64,000 nucleotides of DNA from assembly GCA_963422265.1 (NCBI GenBank), contig OY729416.1, positions 151,540 to 215,539 on the forward strand, in the 5' to 3' direction. Below, in pieces: positions 63,179 to 64,000 of this stretch. The number at the start of each line of letters is the position of its first letter. Position 1 is the stretch's first letter. The notes under the pieces are model-generated. The model had not been told where the DNA came from. It did no database searches and was given only the letters and a program-made list of their open reading frames with translations. The DNA comes from Thermodesulfobacteriota bacterium. Its GTDB lineage: Bacteria > Desulfobacterota_D > UBA1144 > Nemesobacterales > UBA2774. Position numbers and translations under genes: made by a program.

Positions 63179-63268
63179 GCACTCTTTTAAGCTATCTGAT
63201 TCACGTCTTGCAGAGGGGTTTGGAAAAGTGCAGTATGCGTTTTGTCAATTGCCTCCCCTCTGACTGAA

Positions 63269-63460
63269 TTATTCCTTTCTACTGCCCGGGGGCACAGTAT
63301 TTACGACTGCGGATATAGTAAACGCTATTACCGCAATTAGCGCAAGATACTTAAAATACGCCTGCCAGTTTATTGAAATTCCTAGATAAAGCCCTATTCC
63401 AATAAACAAGAATAGTATTAAGCATACAAGCATTGCGCCGGGAATGTTTTTGCTTAGCAC
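63269..63460 (-). CDS. Small hypothetical two-TM membrane protein
   Basis: 63 aa, two hydrophobic helices. The GTG start is preceded by GGAGGG at 9-nt spacing. Confidence 0.4.
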   Translation of the reverse strand: MLSKNIPGAMLVCLILFLFIGIGLYLGISINWQAYFKYLALIAVIAFTISAVVNTVPPGSRKE

Positions 63461-63682
63461 TTAACTCATCCCTCCGTAACTGAACTTAATCGTATTTAGA
63501 TGAACACTATATACGAATCTAGGGGAATATCAATTGTTCTCATTACCAGAGCCGTTATTTAACATAGCCAATTAAGCGTGTAAACTTAGCACTATAAAGT
63601 ATTCTAAAACAGTTTTAGCTAAGTTAGTTTCTCTTCGTTGCTTTCCAGTAATGATGAACGGACGCTTCGCGGTGGTTTTTAT

Positions 63683-64000
63683 ATGAGAGTTCCTAAGCCC
63701 AATGATCTATTAAGATTGCTAAGAAATTCAGGCAATCGACCTATGAGATTCAAAGAGATTTCGGCGCGTCTAGGCATTTCTGAAGAAGCTAAGCATGTAA
63801 TCAAAAAGATTCTCAAAGAAATGGTAAGCAACGGCAAACTCAGGAAGGTGCAGGGGGGTAAATATGTGACTTCCGAGTATAAAAACAAGAAGAAAAGTGA
63901 TGTCGCGTTTCCCTCAAAACCGATAGTGGGATTGATGAAAGGGGATAGGATTCTTGGCAAGTACATCAAAACGGGCAAGACGGGAAAGCTTGTGCCGAAA
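63683..64000 (+). CDS. rnr: Ribonuclease R, N-terminal part (gene runs off the right edge)
   Basis: My own translation from the ATG at 63683 stays open to the window end: MRVPKPNDLLRLLRNSGNRPMRFKEISARLGISEEAKHVIKKILKEMVSNGKLRKVQGGKY... This matches the RNase R N-terminal winged-helix pattern. It is not in the ORF track because it has no stop within the window. Confidence 0.55.
   Translation, partial: MRVPKPNDLLRLLRNSGNRPMRFKEISARLGISEEAKHVIKKILKEMVSNGKLRKVQGGKYVTSEYKNKKKSDVAFPSKPIVGLMKGDRILGKYIKTGKTGKLVPK

Noticed and set aside
63211-63262. An inverted repeat CAGAGGGG ... CCCCTCTG between the convergent lipoprotein and small-membrane-protein genes, as a bidirectional terminator.
   Set aside because: The 8-bp stem encloses a 36-nt loop with no flanking T/A tracts. 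That is too weak to call.
63679-63978. 99-aa minus-strand ORF at the right edge.
   Set aside because: It is antisense to an open + strand frame whose translation has a clear RNase R N-terminal winged-helix pattern and a proper ATG.

Overview
This is a 64-kb chromosomal window, about 43-47% GC in the housekeeping lines I sampled. It comes from a diderm bacterium, probably an uncultured environmental lineage; I cannot place it further. Markers seen are futalosine-route menaquinone genes (mqnA, mqnD-like), a TolQ/TolR/TolA-type cluster, TamB, complex I subunits G and H, HisZ, and a sigma-54-type promoter in front of an amt-porin pair. About 55 protein genes are supported and most are ordinary housekeeping: carB, argS, dcd, gyrB, dapF, hisA/F/Z, purA/C, serA, coaX, rng, pcm, meaB, mce, htpX, phoH. 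There is one tRNA-Phe(GAA). I saw no rRNA, CRISPR array, transposase or integrase.

Two AT-rich accessory insertions stand out.
- At 39.6-47.2 kb there is a translationally coupled three-gene cassette: a PLD-nuclease/SNF2-helicase fusion, a 1125-aa N6-adenine DNA methyltransferase, and a HEPN-like (R-x4-H) protein. It resembles DISARM, BREX and NgoAVII-type systems only in parts. This is my best candidate for an undescribed defence system.
- At 13.6-15.5 kb there is a very AT-rich three-gene cassette: a TIGR04255-like protein plus two unknowns, wedged between the 3' ends of gyrB and nuoH.

Other non-genic structure:
- A dispersed family of GTCATTCC...GGAAT palindromic units, embedded in hairpin-rich mosaics at three long intergenic regions.
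- Short tandem direct repeats in three promoter regions.

All identifications come from reading the ORF translations and motifs from memory. No database search, alignment or computed statistic was available. GC figures are hand counts of single 60-nt lines.
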